From the NCBI GenBank assembly GCA_964016885.1, contig OZ024751.1, positions 50,964,001-51,028,000 on the forward strand: a DNA stretch of 64,000 bases, read 5' to 3'. The DNA comes from Eledone cirrhosa. Lineage: Eukaryota. The position numbers and the translations under genes are program-made. Shown piece by piece: positions 41,890 through 56,247 of the stretch (the first letter of the stretch is position 1; each line of letters opens with the position of its first letter). A model generated the notes under the pieces. That model ran no database searches. It saw nothing but the letters and a program-made list of their open reading frames with translations, and was not told where the DNA came from.

Positions 41890-42255
41890 GAAGATCCTAG
41901 AAAGACTAGCAACAAACTTTGGCATAGAGAGCTGGACCAACCTTTGAAAATTATGCCACTGTGTGGTGCCAATGGCCCCATCTTTCACATCTAGAATAAG
42001 GATCAGATACTGCAATAGCCTGGGTTCAAAGCCCACACCTCTTTAATAAGTTGCCAAAAATCTAGTGAGTTACACATGGTGTGGATGTAGATGTTTTCAA
42101 AAAGCATCTTGAAATTCTACTAACCAAGATCCTAGTTGAACCCACAGCATGAGATGAAGTACATCAATTAACAACCAAGGAAAGCTGGTTAAAGAAAGTG
42201 TAGTGACAATGTTGTTGCCCCAGCTTGGCCTCAGTTAGTCAGCTGGAATAGGTAA
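41890..42255 (+). mobile_element. CR1-like LINE 3' end, decayed
   Basis: Pieces PHLFNKLPK, LHGVDVDVFKKHLEILLTKILVEP; tail GCCCCAGC-TGGCCTCA also occurs at ~8975 and ~35765. Confidence 0.6.
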
Positions 42256-42671
42256 AGAGTATATATTCAATATATCTGCTGTGAATATTCCTATCAATTT
42301 TCGTACATATTTAAACCTCAAGTCTCTTGAGATGTCCACTAAAATAATAAAATATGAAAAACAAATGTGAAAACTAAAAAAAAGATCAAATTATTAAATA
42401 CTTAATGATCAATTAAATAAAATCAATAGTAAAAATTGAGAATCTAATTTGATCTAAAAATAATTTCTGTGACATTATAAAATCAGAGACATCTCTAGCT
42501 TTAATTTCTTCTTTTTTTCTTTCTTTAAAATTTATGAATGAAAAAAAATAAGAAATTTCTTTCTGTTTTTTCATATATTTTATAAACTTTTTGCTTGTTC
42601 TTTTACAGATTTTATTGTAACTTTTGTTTATTTTTTACTTTATATAATTATGTATAATTATTTATAAATTA

Positions 42672-42870
42672 GAGGGCGGTGAATTGGCAGTATCCGTAGA
42701 GGGTTGGACGCCATGCTTTGATGCATAGAGTTACGTCCCTTTATGATCTGAGTTCAAATCCCGTCTAGGTTAACTTTGCCTTTCATCCTTACGGGGTCGA
42801 TAAAATAAAGTACCAATAATGCACTGGGATAATTACTGGCCTTGTGCCAAAAGTAGAAACAATTATTTAT
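42672..42870 (+). mobile_element. SINE family B, full copy; further copies at ~13480, 29280, 31830, 45960-46355, 54235, 63590 and 63868
   Basis: Head GGGCGGTGAATTGGCAG, B box, conserved core and tail. Confidence 0.9.
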
Positions 42871-43190
42871 AAATTAGATTATTGATTGTATATATATATA
42901 TATATAAAACGAAGGAAGTGTGGTAAGGAACCAGATGGACCATAACGCACCAGAGTACTCAATACTTAGAATAGTAGAGTGGGTAATAGGAAAATGTTTA
43001 ACCCCGATAGCAGAGCTCAAGCCGTTTTGACGGCTATTTCTGGACATATATATATATATATGTGTGTGTGTGCGAGTATACACACACACACATATATGTA
43101 TATATGTATATATATACACACATATAAGCACATTTTCCCCTTCCCTTACCCAGTGTATATCTATATACATAATTAAATACACATACACTT

Positions 43191-43232
<42 letters not shown>

Positions 43233-45879
43233 TATATACATATACATATATATACATATCATTATCCTTATTTAACATCCACTTTACTAAACTGGTATGG
43301 GTTGGATGAATTGTTGCAGACTAAGTCAGTACTTAATCAAAGTTACTGTCCCTCCAGATGAGCTATGGTCCATACCTTGCTTAGATGAATTCAGATTTTG
43401 GCATGGTTTCTACAGTTTGATGCCCTTCCTATCACTAACCACTTGGTGGATTTTAATATACCATGATAAAATACACCTGTCCAACCCTTGATAGCTGGGA
43501 AAACAGACATTAAATGATGATGAGGATGATGATGATGATGGTTGTGGTGATGATGATGATGATGATGATGATGTTTGTGGTGGTGGTGGTGATGATGATG
43601 TTGACGATGATGATGACATGTACAGTTCAATTACTACAGGAAGCTTAAGCTGTATAATTTTTAAACTTTGTATTGCTTTCTTTGAAGAACAGTGATTGTT
43701 ATTTCTGGAAGTCTGAAGGGTCCATTCTTCACAAAATCTCCATTAATTAATTAAATAGTATTTTATTTAACTAATTTTTATTTTTTAATCATGGCACTTC
43801 TGATGAGAGAATTTTACCTTCACTGAAATTGCTCATTACTATATACTTGTGTTTGTTTGTGTGTGAGGTTTGTTCATATGTGAGTTTGTGTGTGTTTGTG
43901 GCTGTGTGTGTCAGTTTGTGCATGTTTGAGTTTGTGTGTGTATGTGTTTGCGTGTGTGTATATGCATGGATTTTTTAAAATGTGATTTATACACACACAC
44001 ACACACACACAGATATATATATATATATATATATATTCACACAAATACGCAAATGAAGTAATGATATTAGCAAAATGGTTTAAGATGTTTATGTTTATTA
44101 AGTGTTTAATTTAAAGTTGAAGTGGCTATGGCTGCCTCACTCTTATAACCTAGCTACCTTTCTGTCTATCACACATCACATGCCCCTGAATAACCCCCCC
44201 CCCCCCCCCTCCCTCTATTCACCACACACACACTCTGATCTCCCTCTCACTTTAACATTCTTCTGAAGTTTCCCTTAGCTAATCTTTTCATTATTCCAAA
44301 AATACTTTCATTGACCAATACACATCTCTCTCCCCACCTTCTCTCTCTCTCCACCCCCTCTCTCTATCTCTCTCAATGCCACTTAATCTTTTCTTCTTCT
44401 CTCCCTCTCTGTCTCTTTCTCTCTCTCACTTTTCTTGCCTCTTTTCTCTATTTTTTTTCTACTATCACTGTTTCTTTATCTATCTAGCTATCATCTCCCT
44501 GTCAGTCTTACACCTTAAATTGATAGCTGTTTCATCATCCTAAATTAGTAACCACAGGATAAACATGGACAAATAGGGAATCACAGAGGGTTGATTCATT
44601 AGGATGGTGTACCAGGAAAAGGGGTGGAGCTACAGTAGTGACAGTATAAAAGGTAGGGTGAAGAGACAAAACAAATATTTAGAACCTCGATGGAATAAAG
44701 GTTGTTCTGATTTGTTTTCATTTAGTTGTGGTGATTCTTGGCAGAGCTGTTCTGCTAGAGAATGGGTCGCAGGTGGGGATAGCAATATGGCCACCAGATA
44801 TGATGGTGGAGTCTTTAAAGTCTAAATATATGAACTATCCAGATTAAGTTACAGCAACAACTTCTTTAAATATTTACTGGGAAACAAAAAAATGATATTT
44901 AGATGATTTCTTTATCCTGTGGATACAGTTTTGATCAACTTAATGAGTTCAAAACTGTAATTAATAGTATATCATCATCATCATCATCGTTTAACGTCCA
45001 TCTTCCACGCTAGCATGGGTTAGACGGTTTTGTTCCATTTGATGCGGGATTGGTTGGGAGACCGTGTCTCACTGATATGGAAGTGTCTCTGGCAGGTTTT
45101 CTAAGGCTGGATGCCCTTCCTAACACCAACCACCTTTACAGAGCGGACTGGGGGCCAGATAATAGTATTTAATCTTCAATGGATTATAACCAAAACAATT
45201 ATTATTTTTGTATATATTAAAAGAGAAACACACAAAAAGACTGACATGTGCTTCAAATCAAATAGACTTGAAATAGTATTTGTTGCTTCTTGCCATCTGA
45301 AACAGGCAATAACAAATATCTTATTCAAAGCAATAGATATTGAGGAATTGCAGAAGTCAAATGTCACTTCAGATACCATTATTGAAACAGAAACTGAGAA
45401 TGAAAAGAAAACTTGACATTCAAATAGATAATAAAAAGTAAAAGACAATCAAAATGAAATACTAACCAGCACCTAATTACCTGCTGAAAATACAATCTAA
45501 CAGTCAAACTTTATAGACGTTCTAACTGCAAAATTTGTATTATACTTACTGAAGGTACATCTTAGGAATCAAAAGAGATATCTAGAGGAAAGTAACCTTT
45601 CAACTGTGCAGCAGGAAATATAATTTTTGTTATTAAATGTAATAAATGTAATGAAGATTACATTGGACATATGGGGTTAAATTTGAGGAAAAATATGAAA
45701 CCCTGGTATCAGGCAATATTTGTTAGAGAAAAAAGGAACTTATGTGCAACAAATAAATTCCCTTTGTAACAATATGCTGAGAAAAATTACCTATTAGATA
45801 TGTAATAAGAAATATGAGACATACCTAAACAGATTATGATTATTATTATGAAGAGTAGTCTCAATACAATAAAAATAAG

Positions 45880-45941
<62 letters not shown>

Positions 45942-46703
45942 AAATAATAATAATAATAATTGTTTCTACTTTTTGGCACAAGGCCAGCAATTACCCAGTA
46001 CATTACTGGTACTTTATTTTATCGACCCCGTAAGGATGAAAGGCAAAGTTAACCTCGGCGGGATTTGAACTCAGAATGGCAAGGGCCGTAACTCTATGCG
46101 TAATTCTATTATTATTAATAATAATAATAATAATAATAATAATGATTTCTAGTATAGGCACACGGCCAGTAATTTGGGGGAGGGGAAAGTCGATCAAATT
46201 GACCCCAGTACGTTACTGGTACTTTATTTTATCGACCCCGTAAGGATGAAAGGCAAAGTTAACCTCGGCGGGATTTGAACTCAGAATGGCAAGGGCCGTA
46301 ACTCAATGCGTCAAAGCATGGCGTCCGACCCTCTACCGATACGGCCAATCCACCAATAATAATAATATATTATAATAAGAACGCTGTCTGTCTGTCCGTC
46401 CCTCTGTCCATCACACTCACTTTATATAGAGGGGAGTGCCAAGTGAGAGGTATGTACATAGATAGAGAGAGAAGGGAATGCTGTGTGTTTTTAAGGTGAC
46501 AGAAAGAGGGAGACAGACAGAAAGTTATGATGTTGCCCTCATCTATATATAGAGAGAGGGGAGTGCAAGTGAAAGAGATGTACATAGATAGAGAAAGAAA
46601 AGGAACGTCATTTGTTTAGAGAGAGAGGAGAGAGTGTGTTTGAGAGAGTGTGTATGTGACAGAGAGAGGGAAAAGACGATGTTGTTCTCCTCTAGTAATA
46701 ATA

Positions 46704-46756
<53 letters not shown>

Positions 46757-47329
46757 AGTAGAACTGGAATGAAAATTGCATAAATACTATTGAATATCTA
46801 TATCAACAATGGAAAAAAACCATGGAAGAGCATTAAATAAGGCAGTGAAAAGTTTATTTGTGAGGTGTTTCGGAATAACAATTTCAAAGTAAATTCTGAT
46901 TTATAATGATAAAAATATTTTGAATGTAATTTATTCGGTAACTATGGTAAATTTATTGTTATGTGTCTGTCCGATATTAAAACTGTACATCAATAGTAAA
47001 CAAGACAGTCCAAATGTTCACCTACAATTTCAACACTTTTCAACAGCGATTTCTGATTTGTGAAGTTAAAATGTTTTTGTTGTTGTTGTTTGTTAAATGT
47101 AAAGTGTTTGTTGATAAAATAAATGAATATTATTAGTGGGCTAGATGAGGCTCATTTGCGAGTGATTTTCAAATATTTCAGCAAATATTTTGATTTATGG
47201 TTACTAAAATATATTATTAGTTCTCTTCTATTTAGGATAGAATTCTTTTGGAACAAATGATTTTGTGCCATAAGAATTCTGGCTAAAACACCCATGCACA
47301 TCTTCTGTATATCATACATTATCATTGGC

Positions 47330-47720
47330 AACATGGCAAAAAGCACCTAGCCCATGTTGTAAAGTGGTTGTGTAGATAACATGACAAAAAGCACCCAGCC
47401 CACACTGTAAAGTGGTTATGTAGGTAACATGACAAAAAGCACCCAGCCCACACTGTAAAGTGGTTATGTAGGTAACATGACAAAAAAGAGCCCAGCCCAC
47501 ATAGAAAAGTTGTTGTCATGACAAAAAATGCCCAGCCTACACTATAAAGTGGTCATCTAGGTGACACAACAACCATCACACACTGTAAATGTGGTTGGCA
47601 TTAGGAAGGACATCCAGCCATAGAACTCAAGCCAAAAGTAGTTCTATATGAGCAAGACATGGTCATTGAACCTGGTTTGTATCACAATGGGGCAACTCAT
47701 CTAACCCATACTAGCATTCC
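47330..47720 (+). repeat. LINE/SINE tail with internal 48-bp tandem expansion (~5 copies)
   Basis: CATGACAAAAAGCACCCAGCCCACACTGTAAAGTGGTTATGTAGGTAA; GCACC recurs at 47343, 47391 and 47439. Confidence 0.85.
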
Positions 47721-47779
47721 TATCTCTGGCCACATTAGGCCTTGTGGGGCCAAGGTATTAGGTCAGATCATCACATCAT

Positions 47780-48040
47780 CTGGTCTTTGGCCACCCTCTT
47801 CTATTTACCTCCGGAAGTAGAGCACCATCTCTTACAATCTTCTTTCCGAAGTACACATAACTGTCTACTTCCTTAATCATCTTTCCATCTACAAAAATTG
47901 GTGATGATTTAGTGGTTTTCCCAAGCTGGATGTTAAAGCCTTTTGGCTGGCTCAAAGTGTGGATAGCCTTGAGCATTTCCTTCAATTCTTGTGGTGTATG
48001 GGTTATTAGGATGATGTCATCTGTGAAGTCAGGGTAGCAT
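47780..48040 (-). mobile_element. LINE RT C-terminal fragment
   Basis: FTDDILITHTPQELKEML...VDGKMIKEVDSYVYFG...LLPEVNRR. Confidence 0.75.
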
Positions 48041-48151
48041 AGGAGTTCACTATAAATGTATGTACATATATTTGTATGTATAAATATATAGGTATTGTAT
48101 GCATGTATGTATGTGTATATGTATTTGTTTGTATATATGTATGTGTGTATA

Positions 48152-48184
<33 letters not shown>

Positions 48185-48253
48185 CATGTGTGGGGTGATG
48201 GTGGTGGTGTGTATAAATATATTTATATACATACATATATGTATAATTGTATT

Positions 48254-48288
<35 letters not shown>

Positions 48289-48836
48289 ATACACACACAT
48301 ATATATATATATACAATTAAACATGAAAGAGATAAATAAAAAAACATACATAAAATAAGACAAAAATAAAGCCCAAGTAACTTTTAAAAAAACAAAACAC
48401 ACAAACACGTACACATACACATGTACACACACACACACACACACACATGTACACACACACACACACACGTATACACACACACGTACACATAGAAATTGTA
48501 GAAAGAGATAATGTTGACAGCTGATTGGTTGATTTCTAACGCAACCAATGCAACAAGCAAATTTGGCAAAACTGTTAGATTAGTCAGATATCAAGAATGG
48601 TGAGATAAAAGCTTGGATAAGGCCATTTTATGATATTTCATAATTTCCTCTAGTCTATAATTCATGAGTCTTTCAAAAAAGGTTAGATACCCTTTTAGTA
48701 GACGTGTTATAATAAAGATGGTCATTGGTATCAATTGATATCACACATGATATTGTAGTCTGCTCAATGATAAACATTTCATTTGAAAGTCTTTCTCCAA
48801 ATTTATTGCTGTTGTATTTCACATTCTCCTTCACTT

Positions 48837-48924
<88 letters not shown>

Positions 48925-48930
48925 ATTCCT

Positions 48931-48961
<31 letters not shown>

Positions 48962-49108
48962 AGATCAAAAGATGGTTAAAAGAGTTCCATGTATTTTATT
49001 ATGCGCATTTCAAAAACAAATATCATGGGATGATATTTGCGTTCTCATCAGATAAAATAGGGAGACATGATATGAAGCTTAAAAAACACTTGCGAGCAGT
49101 GAAGTGAA

Positions 49109-49156
<48 letters not shown>

Positions 49157-49159
49157 ACA

Positions 49160-49950
49160 TCAAATACGTTTGACAACATTTACTAACCACCAAGTGTAGA
49201 AGCCAATCAGCAGAACAAGTCTGTCTACATGAGACAGATAACATCATAAGAGTTGGGAAGGAGCTTTTTGAGAAATACTCTCTCAATGTTAACCAAAAAC
49301 ACACACTCAGGGAAATTACACAACACTACCGCAACAAATCAGCAGTTGAAAAGCTGTATGTTTATTAGCAGAAAGTTATGCTTGGCTATTTTATTAGAAA
49401 GCAACAACTAGTAAATTAGCTCTCGCTTTCAAGGATATGTTTTTGCGATCCAGGACCACAAAATAACAAAGAAATACCTGATGCACAAAAAGAGATATGA
49501 CAACAGTTACAGACTCTCTGGAATAAACATCGAGGATGACACTCTTATCATAAGTAGCTGTTTGAAGATATCATCACAATATTAATTACCTATGAGGCAT
49601 AGTATAGTGGCAAAAACACTATACAATGTGACCCATAGAAAGGATGGTCTTGAGGATAAAAATACAAAAGAAGGGCATAAGTACACATAATATGAAAGAG
49701 TACTGGTGGAATGTTCCAGTTAAAACCACAATAAAATGTAAACATAATAGACCAGATATTATGATATGGAACAGAAAAGTAGGCATACACAGTAGTGGAA
49801 ATCATTAGCCATGCAGATGTTAATATAGTGTTAAATATTAGTGAAAAGGAGAATATTTATGCAGATACTCCACTCTGACTATACCGTTAGATTTGTACTG
49901 GTGTTCATTGGGGCTCTGGGATATCTTAGTACAAATCTTGAGAAGTTGAG
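49160..49950 (+). mobile_element. R4/Dong-type non-LTR retrotransposon C-terminal fragment (RLE domain)
   Basis: IISSC...MRHSIVAKTLYN, EYWWNVPVKTTIKCKHNRPDIMIWN, VVEII.HADVNI...EKENIY, IGALGY. Confidence 0.75.
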
Positions 49951-50602
49951 CAACAAACACATACATATATAATTACCTAGTTGATGTTGTCTAAATAGCA
50001 ATGAAAGAGTCTTGTTTCTATGTTAGAAATTAATAAATATAATAAAACTACAAGTGCATACATACATTGTATCTACATAAACAAGCTCCAAATTATTCCA
50101 CATCAACAGGTGAAAAACAAATGAGGAAATCATAAAGAAAGAAGGAAGGAAAGAAAGAAGGAAAGAAAGAAGGAAAGAAAGAAGGAAAGAAAGAAGGAAA
50201 GAAAGAAGGAAAGACAGAAGGAAAGAAAGAGGGAAATAAAGAAAGAAAGAAGGAAAAAGAAAGAAGAAAAAAAATAGAGAAAGAAAGAAACATTTTGCTG
50301 AAAATTGCTTGTATTTCTTGCATGCTCACTAAAAAAACTGTTAAATCAGACTTAAAAGAAAATTCTAGAAAACCCACCCTCAAAACAATATATTGAACAC
50401 AATCCTCCTCACCTCCCATCAGACATTAAGACCAATCAACACCTCACCCAACCACAAATCTTTTTAACAACACATCCCTCCTTTCCACCTGTACATATTA
50501 CCATCATCCTGACACATACTTCTACTTCCCAGACTCCTTAATGAAAAGCTAAACTCTTTTGATTATTGGAAGTAATCAATATGATAGGATGTGGCAATAT
50601 AG

Positions 50603-50666
<64 letters not shown>

Positions 50667-50733
50667 AAATGTATATATATATAGTGGTTGTTAAATGATG
50701 ATGATGATATATATATACATACAAATGTATATA

Positions 50734-50788
<55 letters not shown>

Positions 50789-50790
50789 AT

Positions 50791-50833
<43 letters not shown>

Positions 50834-50835
50834 AT

Positions 50836-50876
<41 letters not shown>

Positions 50877-50878
50877 AT

Positions 50879-50921
<43 letters not shown>

Positions 50922-50963
50922 ATAAAATAAATATATATATATATATATTTACAAATGTATATA

Positions 50964-51034
<71 letters not shown>

Positions 51035-51086
51035 TCATCATCATCATCATCATCATTTAACGACCACTTTCCCTGAGAGAGAGAAA

Positions 51087-51121
<35 letters not shown>

Positions 51122-51274
51122 TTAATATCATAGTTGCATCAAAGCAAATCTCATTTACTGGCAAACATCCATGACCTTTTGGTGGTGTCAAAGAGGAGGT
51201 GCTGTTGTTTGTATGTGTACGTGTGGTGGGGAAAAGTGAACTGATTTTCTGAAGACCACATATACATATAAGTA

Positions 51275-51545
51275 TATCATCACCATCATGGCTTGGTTTC
51301 AAGAATGACGATTATGATGGGGATGGTCCACGTTGACTGCAGGCACACTCATGGTTGTCCAGGTCAAAGCAGAGCAGGCAGGCATAGCTGCAGTGGCTGC
51401 AGCTGGGGTTCTGGTCAGGGTTTGACGACTTAGTCTTGTGGTTCTTCCTCCTGTGACTTTTGTCCTTGAGGGTGGCCTTGCAGGTGTTTTCAAAAGAGGA
51501 GGCAGCATAATAGAAGGTGAGACATCAGGTGTCATGGTTCACAGC
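51275..51545 (-). mobile_element. RTE-type LINE extreme 3' end with zinc-finger-like motif
   Basis: SSFENTCKATLKDKSHRRKN...CSHCSYAC...NHECAC followed by a GAT-rich tail. Confidence 0.65.
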
Positions 51546-52020
51546 TAAGGTGGACCATTGGGGATGGTCGATGTGACAAGCAATAGGGATTTTTTTTAAA
51601 CAGTCCTTCTATCCCCTTCCTAGGTGTCCCCTGTCATGGTGGTCATTGAATTTTATAAACCATCTTTCTCATGAGTAGCTTGGATGGAGGTTAAAAAACA
51701 TCAATGGCATCGATTGGTAGAATTGTCAGAGCATCAAACCAAATGCCATGTGGAACTTATTTATGGGATTTACCTATGTTCCAGCTTTTTACATTCTGAG
51801 CTCAAATCTTCCCTACGTCAACTTTGCCCTTCAATCTTCTGGTAATCAATGAATTAAAAAGTCAATCAGCTAATGCTATTGATTTATCTTCCTATAAGGC
51901 ATCTTAGATATAAATGGAATTTTAATAGGAAAAAAAAATACACCTCCACTACTGTCAACTACAATGACGACAAAACAAAATGCTACAACAGTTGTATCAA
52001 AAGAAAAACCTATTACTTAC

Positions 52021-52350
52021 CCTTTCCAACACCAGTAGATGGCAGATGTTATTGAAAATATGACTGTTAAAGTCATAATTGTCAAACAAAACCAGAGCTC
52101 CCAGAATCTTCCAAGAGTTAGATGCCATGCGGACGGTTTTACAGTATCATTTAAGTTCGATTCTGTTGTAAGGTTTAACTCCTGTCTTACTTCAGTATCA
52201 TACGTTTTGTAAAAATAAATCTCTGTTTCATTGGATACAGATCCATTTACCAATACGAGAAAATCATTTCTTGAAGATTTTTTATTCCTCTCCATATGCA
52301 AATTAGCAGCATCTTGGAATGTACAATTATTTAAGAACCAGATTTCAATT
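52021..52350 (-). CDS. Internal exon: N-glycosylated stalk plus transmembrane helix
   Basis: Acceptor ctctttctctataatttcag|, donor GG|gtaagt, 330 nt fully open (phase 2-2). Sequons NCT, NGS, NET, NLT, NDT, then LWFCLTIMTLTVIFSITSAIYWCW-KG. Confidence 0.85.
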
Positions 52351-52717
52351 CTGAAATTATAGAGAAAGAGTTAATTTAAAAATTTTTAACTTTCAGTTGT
52401 CCTCACAAAGCAGGTTATATGAAAACTTGTAGAATGAATTTTTTTATTGTGTGTGAGTGTGTGTGTGTGTGTGTGAGTATGTGTGTGTGTGTGTGTGTGT
52501 GTGAGTATGTGTGTGTGAGTGTGTGTGAGTGTGTATGTATGCATACATATTCTTTATTATGGTTAAATGCTGAAACTCCAGAGTAACAATGCTCACCATT
52601 TAGCCACAATAAAATGTATATAAAGTATATCAGTATTGAGTACTCGTTCTCCTGTCCGTCAATGTTACGTGTATATATACACACATGTGATATATGTATA
52701 TATATATATACACATGT

Positions 52718-52771
<54 letters not shown>

Positions 52772-52804
52772 AATAATGGAGCTGCGGCGCTGCAAATGGG
52801 TTAC

Positions 52805-53736
52805 ATATGAAAAAGTTTGTCCTCATCAGTGGCCTTCAACCGTCGTAGGCATTTCGTCGCATTAAAGGCCATATACCCCAGGTTGGTGCGAACAACGGCT
52901 AAAAAAAGTCGTTGGGACACGTAAATAAAGGGGACGCTAGGGTAAACAAACAAAATGGTTTAAGCAGCAGAAAGTGATGAAGAAGAAACAAGTCCCAGAT
53001 TTCTATGAATATAAATTCGGTGGAATCGTGAACGAGAGAATAAAGACCATCAAACCTAGTTGAAATGTGAGCAAGGAAGGAATTTCGCACAGGTCTAACG
53101 GGAGGAAGAAGGGGTCTGGTCTGCGAATTCGGTAAACATAAGTTCTGTGAAGTCGCAGACGAGAGAGAGAGAAAAAAAATTTTTTTTCTCTCTGTTTCGT
53201 TTCTTTGTTTGTGTCTTTACCCTCTCTAGCAGTCTCTCTCTCTCTGTTAGCCTCTTCCTCACCTTTCACTCACTCACTCTCTGTCACTACCTATCCTCCT
53301 CTCCTTTCTTCCCGTTTGACCTGTCCGTAATCCTTTTCTCGCGGGCACTTGGCCAAGCCGGTATGAAATTTTTTTTCTCTCTCTCTCGTCTGCGACTTCA
53401 CAGAACTTATGTTTACCGAATTCGCAGACCAGACCCCTTCTTCCTCCCGTTAGACCTGTGCGAAATTCCTTCCTTGCTCACATTTCAACTAGGTTTGATG
53501 GTCTTTATTCTCTCGTTCACGATTCCACCGAATTTATATTCATAGAAATCTGGGACTTGTTTCTTCTTCATCACTTTCTGCTGCTTAAACCATTTTGTCT
53601 GTTTACCCTAGCGTCCCCTTTATTTACGTGTCCCAACGACTTTTTTTAGCCGTTGCTCGCACCAACCTGAGGTATATGGCCTTTAATGCGACGAAATGCC
53701 TACGACGGTTGGAAAGCCACTGATGAGGACAAACTT

Positions 53737-53743
<7 letters not shown>
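52805..53743. repeat. Long inverted repeat (378-bp arms, 183-bp spacer), probably Penelope pseudo-LTR-derived
   Basis: 52805-53182 versus 53366-53743; mirror ORFs 52899-53090 and 53458-53649 are identical. Outer ends carry CTGATGAGGAC. Confidence 0.95.
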
Positions 53744-53807
<64 letters not shown>

Positions 53808-53970
53808 GAGAGAGAGAGAGAGACAAGACTAGAGGCCTGACATATAACCCCATGTTCTACCAAGTGCATTTTATCATGGCATCAACATTAAGGCAGTTAT
53901 CATGTTCTTGGCATTGCTGAAGAGTCTTCTTGACCCTTTGTTTGGATGTGGTTAATATAAATTTACAAAC

Positions 53971-54131
53971 CTTAATTGTTGATCCTGACTGTTTCCTTGA
54001 GTACTAAACTGTTGGCCTTGAGGAAACTGGTTCATATCAGTGTGGAATGGTACAAGATAATAGTCCAGAGGAACCAGGTCTTGTTTTTTACCCATTGTAT
54101 AGGAAATGCTGAGGTTAAACTGAACAACATC
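53971..54131 (-). CDS. Internal exon of the same membrane protein
   Basis: Acceptor gttgtctttgtag|, donor AG|gtttgt. Open frame DVVQFNLSISYTMGKKQDLVPLDYYLVPFHTDMNQFPQGQQFSTQGNSQDQQL; phase 2 end joins 52350 (AG+A=Arg). Confidence 0.75.
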
Positions 54132-54340
54132 CTACAAAGACAACAACAACACCATCAAAAATATTATCTTCATGTATATATTATAATTATTTATGTATTT
54201 ATCACAAAAATGATCGAACAGATTATATATATATAATTGTTTCTACTTTAGGCACAAGGCCAGCAAATTACCCAGTGCATTACTGGTACTTTATTTTATC
54301 GACCCCGTAAGGATGAAAGGCAAAGTCAACCTTGGTGGGA

Positions 54341-54533
54341 ATAATTGAATATAAAAGAGTGATAAACACATATATTTACATATATGTGTTCAAATCGCAA
54401 GGGACCAGATTGAGTCTGACAAACCCTATTGTTCATAGGTAGTATTTTTCTCACCTTAGCGAATCTGGTCCCTTACAATTTGAAATACATATATGTATAT
54501 ATCTGTGTTTATCTCTCTTTTATATTCAATTAT
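54341..54533. repeat. Foldback element (~71-bp arms) abutting a truncated SINE
   Basis: 54341-54411 versus 54462-54533 are reverse complementary. Confidence 0.85.
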
Positions 54534-54639
54534 AATATATGGCTCGGAAAAATCTCTTTCCTAGAGCTATTTTATTGTAAGAGACTATTTTGAGTTTCTA
54601 ACTCAATATATACCTTTGATATACATAACATATATATAA

Positions 54640-54826
54640 CAAAGAAAATGTGGTAAGGAACCAGGTGGACCATAATGCACCAGAGTATTTGATACTTAGG
54701 GTAGTAGAGTGGGTAATAGGAAAAAAGTGAGGACCTGATGGCTGAGCTCCAACCGTTTTGACAGCTAGATCGGATCTAGCTGTCAAAATGGCCGGAGTTC
54801 AGCCACGGGGTCCTGATTCTTTTCCT
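54640..54826. mobile_element. Short interspersed element with terminal palindrome; relatives at ~42910-43045 and ~56625-56780
   Basis: Shared GTGGTAAGGAACCAG-TGGACCATAA...GTAGAGTGGGTAATAGG body; palindrome TTTTGACAGCTAGATC-G-GATCTAGCTGTCAAAA centred on 54772. Confidence 0.75.
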
Positions 54827-55600
54827 TAATATATATATATATATGTATATATACACACACACACACACATATATATATGATGATGATGATGATGATGATG
54901 ATGATATATATATATATATACACAACATCCAGGCCGAAACAAATGAGATCGTGTAGGTGTCACGACAAAAAAAACACAGTCCACGCTGTAATGTGGTCGT
55001 GTAGGCAACATGGTAAAAACCTCCCAGTCCCACACTGTAAATGTGGTTGGTGTTAGGAAGGGCATCCAGCTGTAGAAAACCCGCCAGACAGTCCTATGCG
55101 AGCAAGACAACCACTCTTGCCTCAAGTGGGAAAACTCCCGTCCAAACCCATGCAAGCGTGGAACATGGACGTTAAATGATGATGATGATGATGATGATGA
55201 TGATATATATATACATATATATAATACTAACAAAATTATAGATGTCATGTCTAAGAAAATCATAAATATGCGCCATACCACCTGTAGAAGAAGCTCAAAG
55301 ATTTTAAGGAATAAATTCAAGCATTTATTAAAAATTAAAGGTCGATTGACATATATATATAAAATAAACATATCAAACATTGACAGGTGATAATTTGTAA
55401 AGAGTGTAAGATCACATAGTTACAGAGGTAGCATATTAAAATTTAATGACAACTTCAAATATAGATGCTTTTTAATAATAATGGCTTCTTATATAGTAGT
55501 ATAGTTAATAGAAGCATTGTCATAAGTTTCAAAAAGCCAGTGAATGAGAAGAAATATTTAAAGGGCAAAAGATGACAAATAAAATGAAATAAAATAATGA

Positions 55601-55758
55601 TTTACCCAGTATATTTCAACATGATATTTCAGGGCTAATACCCTCTTTTCAAATGTGGAACGGAAATGGTTCAAACAAAAATGAGCGATCAATGTATTCT
55701 TCCTTCTTGAAAAGTGGGTATTAGCCCTGAAATATCATGTTGAAATATACTGGGTAAA
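55601..55758. repeat. Foldback element (52-bp core arms) with degenerate hammerhead core
   Basis: 55601-55652 versus 55707-55758; minus arm reads TTGAAAA-G-AGGG-TATTAG-CCCT-GAAA. Confidence 0.85.
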
Positions 55759-55840
55759 AGATTACTTTTATTTTATTGGTCAGCATTTACCCTTTATATA
55801 TTTCTACCACATTGTACTGACTTTTTGAAACTTATCAGTC

Positions 55841-55939
<99 letters not shown>

Positions 55940-56204
55940 TAGAATCGATGTCAGCGTTGCAGCATATGTATAAACTTTATTGGCATATTACAATTGTTTC
56001 AATATCGATCTCAGCTCTGCACACTATAGCCACCTTATCTCTGGAATACAAGCCAACACAAGACAAACCTTGTAACGGTATTGAGTGCTTTGAATGGTGT
56101 GCTGCCTGTAACTGTAGTTAGACACCTAACTAACACCTATATATATATATATATTCATCACTATATATATATATAGTGATGAATTTGTTTTGCAAGGTTT
56201 TTGT

Positions 56205-56247
<43 letters not shown>

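Noticed and set aside
43795-43835. CTGATGA...GAAA motif
   Set aside because: Stems I, II and III do not pair convincingly.
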